From Candidatus Nitrospinota bacterium M3_3B_026 (lineage in GTDB: Bacteria > Nitrospinota_A > UBA7883 > JBPRGF01): a stretch of DNA of 64,000 nucleotides. Shown here one piece after another: positions 1-8,295 of this stretch. The stretch covers positions 1-64,000 of the forward strand of contig JBPRGF010000001.1 of the NCBI GenBank assembly GCA_051418015.1, in the 5' to 3' direction. A model generated the notes under the pieces. The model saw nothing but the letters and a program-made list of their open reading frames with translations, was not told the origin of the DNA and did not search any database. The translations under genes and the position numbers were made by a program. Each line of letters begins with the position of its first letter. Position 1 is the first letter of the stretch.

Positions 1-141
1 CTCGCACTCGAGCTCGATGTCGATTTTCCTTCGCGAAAGATTGTCCACTATGGTCACATCGTAGCCCGCTTGCGACAGCCACAGGCTCGTGGGCCAGCCG
101 CAAAAGCCGTCGCCGCCGAAAACAATGATTTTTTCGCTCAT
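1..141 (-). CDS. sqdB: UDP-sulfoquinovose synthase, N-terminal part (runs off the window start)
   Basis: Not in the ORF track. Manual translation from ATG at 141 gives MSEKIIVFGGDGFCGWPTSLWLSQAGYDVTIVDNLSRRKIDIELECE; GGDGFCGWPT...DNLSRR is the characteristic SqdB N-terminus. Confidence 0.85.
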   Translation of the reverse strand, partial: MSEKIIVFGGDGFCGWPTSLWLSQAGYDVTIVDNLSRRKIDIELECE

Positions 142-426
142 CGAACATCTCTCTGTTTAATACGGGTTAATTATGCATTTTCCTATATTGCCATAGTTGT
201 AGGCAAACGCGCGTTAAACGGCCTTGTCAACAACCCCTCCTCCACGGCCGCCACTGTTTAGAGACCGCCGCGCCGCCGGGACTTGAGAAAATGGGGGAAA
301 ATCATTCGGCTACCGGTCTGCGCGGGTTTTCGGCGAAACCTGTGGAGACTTTCCGCCCGTTCGGTTATCATTTACTGGCGTATCCTCGCAAAACAGGCTG
401 ATTCGGGGTATTGACGGAAAGCTCTT

Positions 427-996
427 ATGGTCCGGAACAAGAGAGTATCGCTCCTTTTGTTTCTCCTGCCGCTGTTGACGCTCGCCGCTGGGTGCCGTCT
501 TAATTACGCCGGGGAAAGTTTCAGCCTCAGGATATCCCCCGAAGGCGCGGCCGAGCTGGAGATTCATTATAGAAGCTTCGGCTCCGGGGAGATCGACTCC
601 GCTCTTCGCAGGCGCGACCTGGAGGTTTTAAAAGACGCCGTCCGCGAAGACGATGTTGTGAAGGACGCGGCGGAGAAGGGGGTGGAGATAGCCGCGCGGC
701 GGCTGGATTTCAAGGACTACTCCATGGGCGGATACGTGAAAGCCAGGGCGAAGTCGTACAAGGACTTTTTCAGGGTTTTCACCCATTACACCCTGGAGGT
801 GGAGGACAGGATATACATCACGCCGCAAAACGGCGTCGTCAAGCGCGCCACCTTAAGCGGCGGCGGGGAGATAGTGATCCGGAACAACCGTTACACCTTC
901 GCCTGGCCGCTGGGGACGAAGGACATCTCCTTCGAGGCGGCGTACAAGACCGAAGGCGTATCCTTCAGCCGCGAGCTGGCGGGAAACGGCGGCTGA
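427..996 (+). CDS. Hypothetical lipoprotein
   Basis: Signal peptide with lipobox LAAG-C; coding-like composition; no recognised domain. Confidence 0.7.
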   Translation: MVRNKRVSLLLFLLPLLTLAAGCRLNYAGESFSLRISPEGAAELEIHYRSFGSGEIDSALRRRDLEVLKDAVREDDVVKDAAEKGVEIAARRLDFKDYSMGGYVKARAKSYKDFFRVFTHYTLEVEDRIYITPQNGVVKRATLSGGGEIVIRNNRYTFAWPLGTKDISFEAAYKTEGVSFSRELAGNGG

Positions 997-1017
997 ACGC
1001 CCCGCGCGGGAAAAAGC

Positions 1018-1872
1018 TCAGGCTTTCTCCCCGGAGACTATGATCGCCTCGCCGGGTATCCTGATCCCCTCCCCTTCGCGGAACCTCTCCGCCTCCTCCA
1101 GCATCCCCATCTCCGCCTCGGCCCGCTCCCTCGGCGCAAGTTTCGCGAACATCGTCCGCATGGGCGCGGCCATATCGCGCATACATTCCAGGAACTGCCG
1201 GCTGGACGAATATTTCCACTCGACGGGGATCTCCTCCTCCGTCACGGCGTAATACCCCGCCTTCTCCATCTTCTCCCTCAGGGCTCCGGGCCGGCCCAGG
1301 CTGAAAAGCCCCGGCGCCGAGGGGGGCGGCTGGGGGATATCCAGGAATTCTTTCAACACCCTCATGGGAAGCGACATCGACGGGTTTTTCTCCGGCGCGG
1401 CCCAGACCGCCGCGGCGAAGCGTCCGCCTTTTTTGAGCACCCTGCGCGTCTCGCTCAGGGCGTTATCGAGCCGCGGCAGGAACATGAAACAAAAACGCGA
1501 CGTGGCGGCGTCGAACTCGTCGTCGCCGTGGGGTATGGAGCAGACGTCGCAGGAGTGGAACGAGGCGTTCACGATACCCGCCGCCTCGAGCTTCTCCCTG
1601 GCGACGCTGAGCATTCTCTCGGAAAGGTCCAGCCCCGTGACTTTCCCATTCGCCCCCACCCGGCGGGCGGCCAGTATCGCCGGGTTGCCGGTGCCGGAGC
1701 CGAGGTCCAGCACGTTGCCGCCCTCGCTCACCTTCGCCCTCTCCAGCAGGTGGTGGTCGATGGCGGCCATGTTGGAGTCCAGCCACCAGTCCCACTTTTT
1801 CCAGCCGTCGGCGGCGGCGTCCCAGCTCGCCCGCTGTTCTTCCACGAATTTGTCAGGGTCTACTACGGACAT
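1018..1872 (-). CDS. Class I SAM-dependent methyltransferase (UbiE-like)
   Basis: VLDLGSGTG motif I, GLDLS motif, RRVLKKGGR; start placed at MSVVDPD. Confidence 0.85.
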   Translation of the reverse strand: MSVVDPDKFVEEQRASWDAAADGWKKWDWWLDSNMAAIDHHLLERAKVSEGGNVLDLGSGTGNPAILAARRVGANGKVTGLDLSERMLSVAREKLEAAGIVNASFHSCDVCSIPHGDDEFDAATSRFCFMFLPRLDNALSETRRVLKKGGRFAAAVWAAPEKNPSMSLPMRVLKEFLDIPQPPPSAPGLFSLGRPGALREKMEKAGYYAVTEEEIPVEWKYSSSRQFLECMRDMAAPMRTMFAKLAPRERAEAEMGMLEEAERFREGEGIRIPGEAIIVSGEKA

Positions 1873-2007
1873 GGCGTGAAAATCTCCCCTATGTTTGCGA
1901 AAAGTGCCGCGCCCGCCCCACAGGCGCAAAGCTCTAATATATAATGTTCATACAGAAAACACGATATTTCAATGTTAAACTGCCCTGCGGCCACGGTGGA
2001 GACAGAC

Positions 2008-2427
2008 ATGGCGGAGACTTTCGCCGAACTTTTCAAAGGAAGGCTCGACGGCGTCATGAGCGAGGAGGACTACGAGCGCCTGGCCGGGAGCCTCGATGGG
2101 CGCTGGTTCGCCGTGGAGGCGGAGAGCGGCGCGGTCATGGAGCTTTCCGGGGCCGAGGCGGGGGAGAGGCTCCTTGGGCTCCGGGACGAGGTGCGGGCCC
2201 GGAACATGCTGAGCGCCAAGTTCCCCTACACTTACGTTCACACGCCGTCCGCGCCGAAGATGATAAAAACCTACGATCCGCTCAAGTGCGGCTCCGGGTG
2301 CTCCACCAGCTCGCCGGACCCGTGGTGGGTCTTTTCGGCGGTAGGACCAGAGCCGGAGGAGGTCGAGCGGCTGCTGCCCGGCCCGGCGCGCAAAAAAGGG
2401 CTCGCCGCCCGCCTTCTCGGCCGTTGA
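2008..2427 (+). CDS. Conserved-looking hypothetical protein with IKTYDPxxCGSGC motif
   Basis: GGAG RBS before ATG 2008; C-terminal YV...PKMIKTYDPLKCGSGC...PWW motif. Confidence 0.65.
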   Translation: MAETFAELFKGRLDGVMSEEDYERLAGSLDGRWFAVEAESGAVMELSGAEAGERLLGLRDEVRARNMLSAKFPYTYVHTPSAPKMIKTYDPLKCGSGCSTSSPDPWWVFSAVGPEPEEVERLLPGPARKKGLAARLLGR

Positions 2428-2488
2428 GACGGCTCGACCGCCCGACCCTCACAAGGCCCGCCGGGGGCTCCGCGTTCCGGGGTGAAAA

Positions 2489-3943
2489 ATGAACATGACC
2501 GCCGCCATGATAGGACGCGTCATCGGCGAGGCCGCACCCGCCCTGGCGGGATCTTTTTTCCGGAAGCTTGTGAGAACGGCGGAGAATGAGTGGGTCCTGT
2601 CGTTCAAGAAAGGGGCGGATTCTTTTCACCTTGTCATAACCCTCTCGGCGGCGAACAGCAGGATTCATCTCGTGGAGGCCCCTCCCGGACGGAAGACCGA
2701 TCTCGGAGGTTTTGGCAAGACCTTGAAAAAAACCGTTCTGGGATCGGTTCTGGATTCGATTTCCCAGACCCCCGGCGACAGGGTCGTCCATATCGATTTC
2801 AGGCGTAGAGACGAAAAATTCAAGCTGGTCGCGGAGCTTTTCGGCCCCGCTGGCGCCCTCTACCTGCTCGACGGCGAAGGAAAGACACTGGCCACGGGCG
2901 GCCCGGGGAAGCCGCGGGCCGCGCCGGGGAGGCCCTATATCCCCCCAAAGGCGCCGGAGGACGCCGCGATGGCGGCCGGGGAGGAGGAAACAGCGCCGGA
3001 GCGGGCGCGGGAAGCCGCCTTCCCTTTCAACGCCGCCATGGAGGAAAAATATACCCCCCTGGCCGAGCGCGAGAGGCTGGAGCGGGCGAGGACAAGGGCC
3101 CTGTCGCCGCTTCGGGCCGGGCTGAAAAAGATCGCAAAGCGGAAAAAGAGGCTGCTGCGGGAGCGGGAGGGGCTTTCCCGGTTCTCGGATCACAAGCGGC
3201 TGGGGGATCTTTTGCAGGCCTCTTTCCATCGTATGAAAAAGGGCGAGGAGAGCGTGACCGTCCCGGACGTATTCTCGGAGGATGGCGGGGAGCTGATCAT
3301 CGCCCTGGACCCCTCCCTGGGTCCCGCGGAGAACGTCCGCCGATACTACAAAGAGTATAGAAGATACGAAAAGGGCCTGCCCCGGCTGGAGGGGGAGCTT
3401 GCGGCGCTCGAGGAGCAGGAGAAAAGGACGAAAGAGAAGATGCGGCTGATAGAAAACTCAAGCGATCTCGATTATATAGAGAGCACGATCCCCGCCGCCA
3501 AAGGCGCCCCGCGCGCGCCGGGGAAAAAGGGGCCGAAAGGGCCATCCGGCCCACGCAGGTTCATAACCTCCGGCGGGTTCCCCGCCCTGGTCGGCAGGAG
3601 CGACAGGGAGAACGACGAGATCACCTTCAGGGTCGCCAATGGGCGCGACCTGTGGCTGCACGCGCGGGACTATCCCGGCTCGCACGTCGTCGTCCGCCTG
3701 CCGAAAGGCGCCGATGTCCCCCCCGCCACGCTGAGGGAGGCCGCCATGCTCGCCCTGCGCTACTCGAAGGCGGCGAAAGCGGGGAAAGGCGAGGTGACCT
3801 ACTGCCGCGTCAAGGACATACGCAAGCCCAAGGGCGCCCCGCCGGGCAAGGTACTCGTCGCCGGGGCCAAATCCGTGATGGCCAGGATAGACCCGGAAGT
3901 GATCCAGGCCATGAAACAACGGGCGGAGGGGCCGCAGGGCTGA
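2489..3943 (+). CDS. rqcH: NFACT family / ribosome quality control protein RqcH (FbpA-like)
   Basis: DRVVHIDF...LVAELFG NFACT-N, coiled coil, VGRSDRENDEIT...DLWLHARDYPGSHVV NFACT-R domain. Confidence 0.9.
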   Translation: MNMTAAMIGRVIGEAAPALAGSFFRKLVRTAENEWVLSFKKGADSFHLVITLSAANSRIHLVEAPPGRKTDLGGFGKTLKKTVLGSVLDSISQTPGDRVVHIDFRRRDEKFKLVAELFGPAGALYLLDGEGKTLATGGPGKPRAAPGRPYIPPKAPEDAAMAAGEEETAPERAREAAFPFNAAMEEKYTPLAERERLERARTRALSPLRAGLKKIAKRKKRLLREREGLSRFSDHKRLGDLLQASFHRMKKGEESVTVPDVFSEDGGELIIALDPSLGPAENVRRYYKEYRRYEKGLPRLEGELAALEEQEKRTKEKMRLIENSSDLDYIESTIPAAKGAPRAPGKKGPKGPSGPRRFITSGGFPALVGRSDRENDEITFRVANGRDLWLHARDYPGSHVVVRLPKGADVPPATLREAAMLALRYSKAAKAGKGEVTYCRVKDIRKPKGAPPGKVLVAGAKSVMARIDPEVIQAMKQRAEGPQG

Positions 3944-4027
3944 TCCTGTTCGGCCGGCGCCGCGGCTGATCTGTTACACTTCTGGCTCTGGCGGCGAAAA
4001 CGTGGTTTTCTTGCGCGGTGAGGTCAC

Positions 4028-4273
4028 ATGATCGAATTCCGCCTCAGAGTTTTTCACGTCGTGGCGCGGCGCCTCTCCTTTTCGAAGTCCGCCGGGGAGC
4101 TTGCCCTGGGCGCCCTGGCGGCCCTGCGGGTCAAGGGAACGCCGATGAAGAGAAAGCCGCGGTTCCTGACGAAAAAAACCCGCCGCATGTCGCCCGTTAT
4201 CAGGGAGTTCATGAGCCTCTGCCGGGAAAGAACGGCCACCGGCGGGCGGATACCACGCCCAGAAAAGCCCTAA
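4028..4273 (+). pseudogene. Internally deleted LysR-family regulator remnant
   Basis: LysR HTH start (FRLRVFHVVARRLSFSKSAGEL) joined directly to a LysR C-terminal tail (ELALGALAAL...MSPVIREFMSLC); only 81 aa. Confidence 0.65.
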
Positions 4274-4298
4274 TGGTTTTCTCCGCCGAAGTCGATAC
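4271..4298 (+). promoter_or_regulatory. Possible sigma-28 (FliA) promoter of the flgM-like gene
   Basis: TAAT-N16-GTCGATAC versus consensus TAAA-N15/16-GCCGATAW, just upstream of ATG 4315. Confidence 0.4.
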
Positions 4299-4314
4299 GA
4301 TTGTTATACAAAAC

Positions 4315-4518
4315 ATGAGTTTGGATGATGGCTTTTCGGAGAATGAAATGAGCGGCGTCAAGGGCGTAAGGGCGGACGTGGTCGCTCGTTTCAAACGGGA
4401 GATAGAGAACAAGACCTACAAGGTCAAATCCCAGGAAATCGCCGACAAGATCACCCAGAAACTCCGGGAGGACGAAAAGGTGGCGGCCTCCATAAAGGGC
4501 CCCCGCTGGACGGCGTAG
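4315..4518 (+). CDS. flgM: FlgM-like anti-sigma-28 factor (short form)
   Basis: VRADVVARFKREIENKTYKVKSQEIADKI matches the FlgM C-terminal sigma-binding motif. Confidence 0.65.
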   Translation: MSLDDGFSENEMSGVKGVRADVVARFKREIENKTYKVKSQEIADKITQKLREDEKVAASIKGPRWTA

Positions 4519-4550
4519 CGCCGCCCCCCCCTCCCGCCCTCCCCGTTTCG

Positions 4551-4580
4551 TTGACTTATCCTGAGCCGGTGGGTTAAATT
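4551..4580 (+). promoter_or_regulatory. Putative sigma-70 promoter for galU
   Basis: TTGACT-N18-TAAATT upstream of galU. Confidence 0.4.
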
Positions 4581-4663
4581 TCCAGTTATTTCATTGAGCC
4601 CGCCCCGCGCCCGGCGGGATGGCTGTTGAGTTCTGATCCCGGCAAGCAGCGAAGGAGTGTCAA

Positions 4664-5530
4664 GTGAAGATAACCAAGGCCGTTTTCCCCGTGGCCGGCA
4701 TGGGGACAAGATTTCTGCCAGCCACGAAAGCCTCGCCCAAGGAGATGCTGCCGCTGGTGGACAAGCCGCTGATACAGTACGTCGTGGAGGAGGCCGTCGC
4801 CTCGGGGGCGACGGAGATGATCCTGGTCACCGGCCGGGGCAAGAACGCCATCGAGGACCATTTCGACAAGGCCGTGGAGCTGGAAAGCTTCCTCGAGGAG
4901 AAGGGCAAGAAGAAGCTCCTCGACATCGTCCGCGGCATATCCGACATGTGCGACTTCTGCTACATCCGCCAGAAAGAGCCCCTCGGCCTGGGCCATGCCA
5001 TCCTCCGGGCCAAAGACGTCGTGGGGAACGAGCCCTTCGCCGTCCTCCTCGGCGACGATATAATCCACACCGGCGGCAGGCCGGGGATAGGGCAGCTGAT
5101 GGACGTCTTCGAGAAGCGGAAGGCCTCCGTCATAGCCGTGGAGAGGGTGCCCGAGGAGAACGTCTCCGCCTACGGGGTGATAGACGCCGAACCCGTGGCG
5201 GATGGCCTGTACAGGATAAAGGGCATGGTGGAGAAGCCACCGCGGGACAAGGCCCCCTCGAACCTGGCTATCATAGGCCGATACGTCCTTGCGCCGAATA
5301 TCTTTGATTATATAGAGAATACAGCGCCGGACGCCAAGGGGGAGATACAGCTCACCACCGCGCTGAACTCGATGCTGAAAGACCACCCCATATACGCGCT
5401 CGAGTTCGAAGGAAACCGCTACGACGCGGGCGACAAGCTGGGGTTTTTAAAAGCCACGGTGGAGTTCGCCCTCCGGCGCGAGGACCTGGGCGCGAAGTTC
5501 CGTGAATACCTGAAAAAGCTGGACCCTTGA
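4664..5530 (+). CDS. galU: UTP--glucose-1-phosphate uridylyltransferase
   Basis: KAVFPVAGMGTRFLPATKASPKEML, RQKEPLGLGHA, VEKP, GEIQLT motifs. Confidence 0.97.
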   Translation: MKITKAVFPVAGMGTRFLPATKASPKEMLPLVDKPLIQYVVEEAVASGATEMILVTGRGKNAIEDHFDKAVELESFLEEKGKKKLLDIVRGISDMCDFCYIRQKEPLGLGHAILRAKDVVGNEPFAVLLGDDIIHTGGRPGIGQLMDVFEKRKASVIAVERVPEENVSAYGVIDAEPVADGLYRIKGMVEKPPRDKAPSNLAIIGRYVLAPNIFDYIENTAPDAKGEIQLTTALNSMLKDHPIYALEFEGNRYDAGDKLGFLKATVEFALRREDLGAKFREYLKKLDP

Positions 5531-5592
5531 ACGGGGGGGCCGTTCGGTGGCCTTAATATGATAACAAACCATGTTAATGGTGGGGTGGCCTT

Positions 5593-6969
5593 ATGAGCGT
5601 TTTTGACCTTGCGATAATCGGGGGCGGCCCCGGCGGCTATTCCGCCGCCCTGCGGGGCGCGAGCTACGGCCTTTCCGTGGCGCTCATGGAAAAGGGCGAG
5701 ATCGGCGGAACGTGTCTCAACAGGGGATGCGTCCCCGCCAAGGCATGGATAGCGGCGGCGGAGACCGTGGACCACGCCGCGAACATGGCCGCCATCGCCG
5801 CGTCGCCTTTCGATTATTCCATAGATTTCAACAAGATGACCGAACGCCAACGCAAAGTCACCTCCCAGTTCCAAAAGAGCCTGGCCGCGTCGCTTTCGAA
5901 ACGGGGTGTCAGGGTCATCAGTGGCAGGGCGGAGTTCGCCTCGGACAGGGAGATCATGGCGCCGACGGCGGAAGGGGGATCGGAAAGGATCGAGTTCAAA
6001 AACGCCCTCATCGCCACCGGGTCGGAGCCTGCCAGGCTCTTCGACGTGGATCCCTCCCTCGCGCTGGACAACGTGTCCATTTTCGATGTTCCGTCCCTGC
6101 CGGAGTCGATGCTGATCGTCGGCGCGGGGGCGATCGGCTGCGAGTTCGCCACGGCCATGACGAGGCTCGGCGTCCGGGTGACGATGGTGGAGATGATGGA
6201 CAGGGTTCTACCCATGGAGGATCATGAAATCTCCGCCACCCTGGCGCGCGAGCTTAAGAAGTTGAAAATACAAGTAATAACCGGAGCGAAGATCGAATCG
6301 CTCGAGCCGGGGGGGCCGGGTCTTGTAGCCAGACTCGCTGGCGGCGAGAGCGTGGAGGCCGAAAAAGCCCTGGTCTCCATCGGCAGGCGTTTTTCCACCT
6401 CCGGGCTGGGGCTTGACAAGGCGGGGGTTGAGACAGGGCGCCGGGGAGAGATTCTGACGGACAATCTCCTGCGCTCCTCCACGCCGAATATTTTCGCCGC
6501 CGGGGACGTGGCGGGCAAAAATATGCTGGCCTACACCGCCTACCGGGAAGGCTGTTTCGTGGCCGATTACATCGCCGGCAAGCGCGAAAGCCTGCCGGAC
6601 ACGCCCGTCCCCAGCGCCATATTCACCATACCGGAGATAGGCTCCGTGGGGGTCCGGGAGGAAGATGCGCCGAAGGGGGCGAGGAAGGGGACATTCATGT
6701 TCCGCGCCCTGGCCAGGGCCCATATCGCCGGGGAGATAGCAGGGTTCGTGAAAGTGATAGCCGACGGGGAGACGGACAGGCTTCTGGGCGTTCACATCAT
6801 AGGCCCGCGGGCGACGGACCTTATACACACCGCCTCCGTCGCCCTGTCGCAGGGGATGACGGCGCGGGCTTTCGGCGATCTGCTGTTCGCCCACCCCACC
6901 TTCGCCGAGGCGGCCCTGGAGGCGGCCCACGACGTTCACGGGCTGTCGATCCACAAACAGGGCGGATGA
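5593..6969 (+). CDS. lpdA: Dihydrolipoyl dehydrogenase
   Basis: GGGPGG, GGTCLNRGCVP redox disulfide, HPTFAE catalytic motif. Confidence 0.93.
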   Translation: MSVFDLAIIGGGPGGYSAALRGASYGLSVALMEKGEIGGTCLNRGCVPAKAWIAAAETVDHAANMAAIAASPFDYSIDFNKMTERQRKVTSQFQKSLAASLSKRGVRVISGRAEFASDREIMAPTAEGGSERIEFKNALIATGSEPARLFDVDPSLALDNVSIFDVPSLPESMLIVGAGAIGCEFATAMTRLGVRVTMVEMMDRVLPMEDHEISATLARELKKLKIQVITGAKIESLEPGGPGLVARLAGGESVEAEKALVSIGRRFSTSGLGLDKAGVETGRRGEILTDNLLRSSTPNIFAAGDVAGKNMLAYTAYREGCFVADYIAGKRESLPDTPVPSAIFTIPEIGSVGVREEDAPKGARKGTFMFRALARAHIAGEIAGFVKVIADGETDRLLGVHIIGPRATDLIHTASVALSQGMTARAFGDLLFAHPTFAEAALEAAHDVHGLSIHKQGG

Positions 6970-7736
6970 CACTGAAAACACGCCGGATAGCCATCTTCAA
7001 CCGCAAAGGCGGCTCCGGCAAGACAACCACCGCCGTGAACCTCGCCGCGGCGCTCGCGTTGCGGGGGGAGAAGACCCTGCTGGTGGACATCGACCCACAG
7101 GCGAACGCGACCATGGCCCTCGGCGCGGACGCGGATTCCGGCTACCCCACGATTTACGAGCTTCTGCTCGGCATGGAGACGGAGCCGGGGAAAGTGATCC
7201 GCGGGGCCAAGCCCGGCGGGCTGGATCTGATCCCCTCGGCGCCCAGGCTTTCCGGGGCGGAGCTTGAGCTAGCGGGGCTGCCAGGAAGGGAGCTTCGGCT
7301 GAAGGAGATACTCGACGGCGCGGCGGAGGGTTTTAACTTTGTCCTGGTGGACTGTCCCGTCTGCTTCGGCCTTCTCGCCCTGAACGCGCTGGTGGCCTGC
7401 GGGGAGGTTCTGATACCCGTCCAGACTCATTATTTTTCGGTGAAGGCGGTGGAACAGGCCCTCGACATCATCGGTATGGTAAAAAGGGAGTTGAACCCGA
7501 ACCTGCGGGTTACGGGTCTTGTCCCCACCATGATGGACAGGAGGGCCAGGCTGAGCCGCAAGATGCTGGAAATGGTGGAAAAAGAGCATGGCCGGGGGCT
7601 TGTCCGCTCCATGATAAGGATGGACGCGAAGCTCGCCGAAGCTCCGGCGAAGGGCAAGCCGATCCAGCTTTACGCCCCGAAATCGAATGGGGCGTATGAC
7701 TACACCATGCTCGGGGACGACATCCGCGTAACATGA
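6966..7736 (+). CDS. ParA/Soj family ATPase (orphan)
   Basis: Deviant Walker A KGGSGKTT, LVDIDPQANAT, LVDCP, LAEAPAKGKPI. Confidence 0.93.
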   Translation: MTLKTRRIAIFNRKGGSGKTTTAVNLAAALALRGEKTLLVDIDPQANATMALGADADSGYPTIYELLLGMETEPGKVIRGAKPGGLDLIPSAPRLSGAELELAGLPGRELRLKEILDGAAEGFNFVLVDCPVCFGLLALNALVACGEVLIPVQTHYFSVKAVEQALDIIGMVKRELNPNLRVTGLVPTMMDRRARLSRKMLEMVEKEHGRGLVRSMIRMDAKLAEAPAKGKPIQLYAPKSNGAYDYTMLGDDIRVT

Positions 7737-7771
7737 AAGCGGCGTTTTTTCGCTAAAAGGAGCGGTGGGAG

Positions 7772-8233
7772 ATGCTGAAACTGCCCATAAAGGGAGAGGG
7801 GCTGGGAGCCATCATAAAATCCACCACCGGGGGCGTCCCCGGCGCGGGAGCGAAGGAGGACACGGCCCTCAAGAAAAAACTGAGGGCCAGGGAAAATGAG
7901 GTGGAAAATCTGCGCAAGGAGGCGGATCGCCTCAGAAAAACCCTCGACAAGGAGATACCCCAGGGCAAGGGGCGCGAGCTTTACATCGAGACGCTCAAGG
8001 AAAGGGCCGCGCAAAGTGACGGGGAGGGGAACCTTTTGGACGCTTTTCATCTTTACCGGCGGGTGTTGCGGCTTGACCCCGAGGATATCGAAGCCCTCTA
8101 CCAGGTGGCCACGATATACTACAGCGCCGGGCTGAAGGGAAAAGCGGCCCAGATACTCCGCGCCATCCTGGAGATAGACCCCTCCCAGGAGAGAGCCGCG
8201 GAGAGCTTGGAAAGCATGGAGGATGATGACTGA
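7772..8233 (+). CDS. Coiled-coil + TPR protein, putative ParA partner
   Basis: GGGAG RBS; coiled coil LKKKLRARENEVENLRKEADRLRK; TPR helices YRRVLRLDPEDIEALYQVA and LRAILEIDP. Confidence 0.75.
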   Translation: MLKLPIKGEGLGAIIKSTTGGVPGAGAKEDTALKKKLRARENEVENLRKEADRLRKTLDKEIPQGKGRELYIETLKERAAQSDGEGNLLDAFHLYRRVLRLDPEDIEALYQVATIYYSAGLKGKAAQILRAILEIDPSQERAAESLESMEDDD

Positions 8234-8295
8234 AACCCGCTTCCCCCGCCGCGCGTATTGTATTAGAATGAACCCAAGGGGAAGAGGAAGAACAG

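Noticed and set aside
4018..4314. 166-aa version of the FlgM ORF
   Set aside because: The upstream part overlaps the LysR remnant and looks non-coding in this frame; ATG 4315 follows a sigma-28-like promoter
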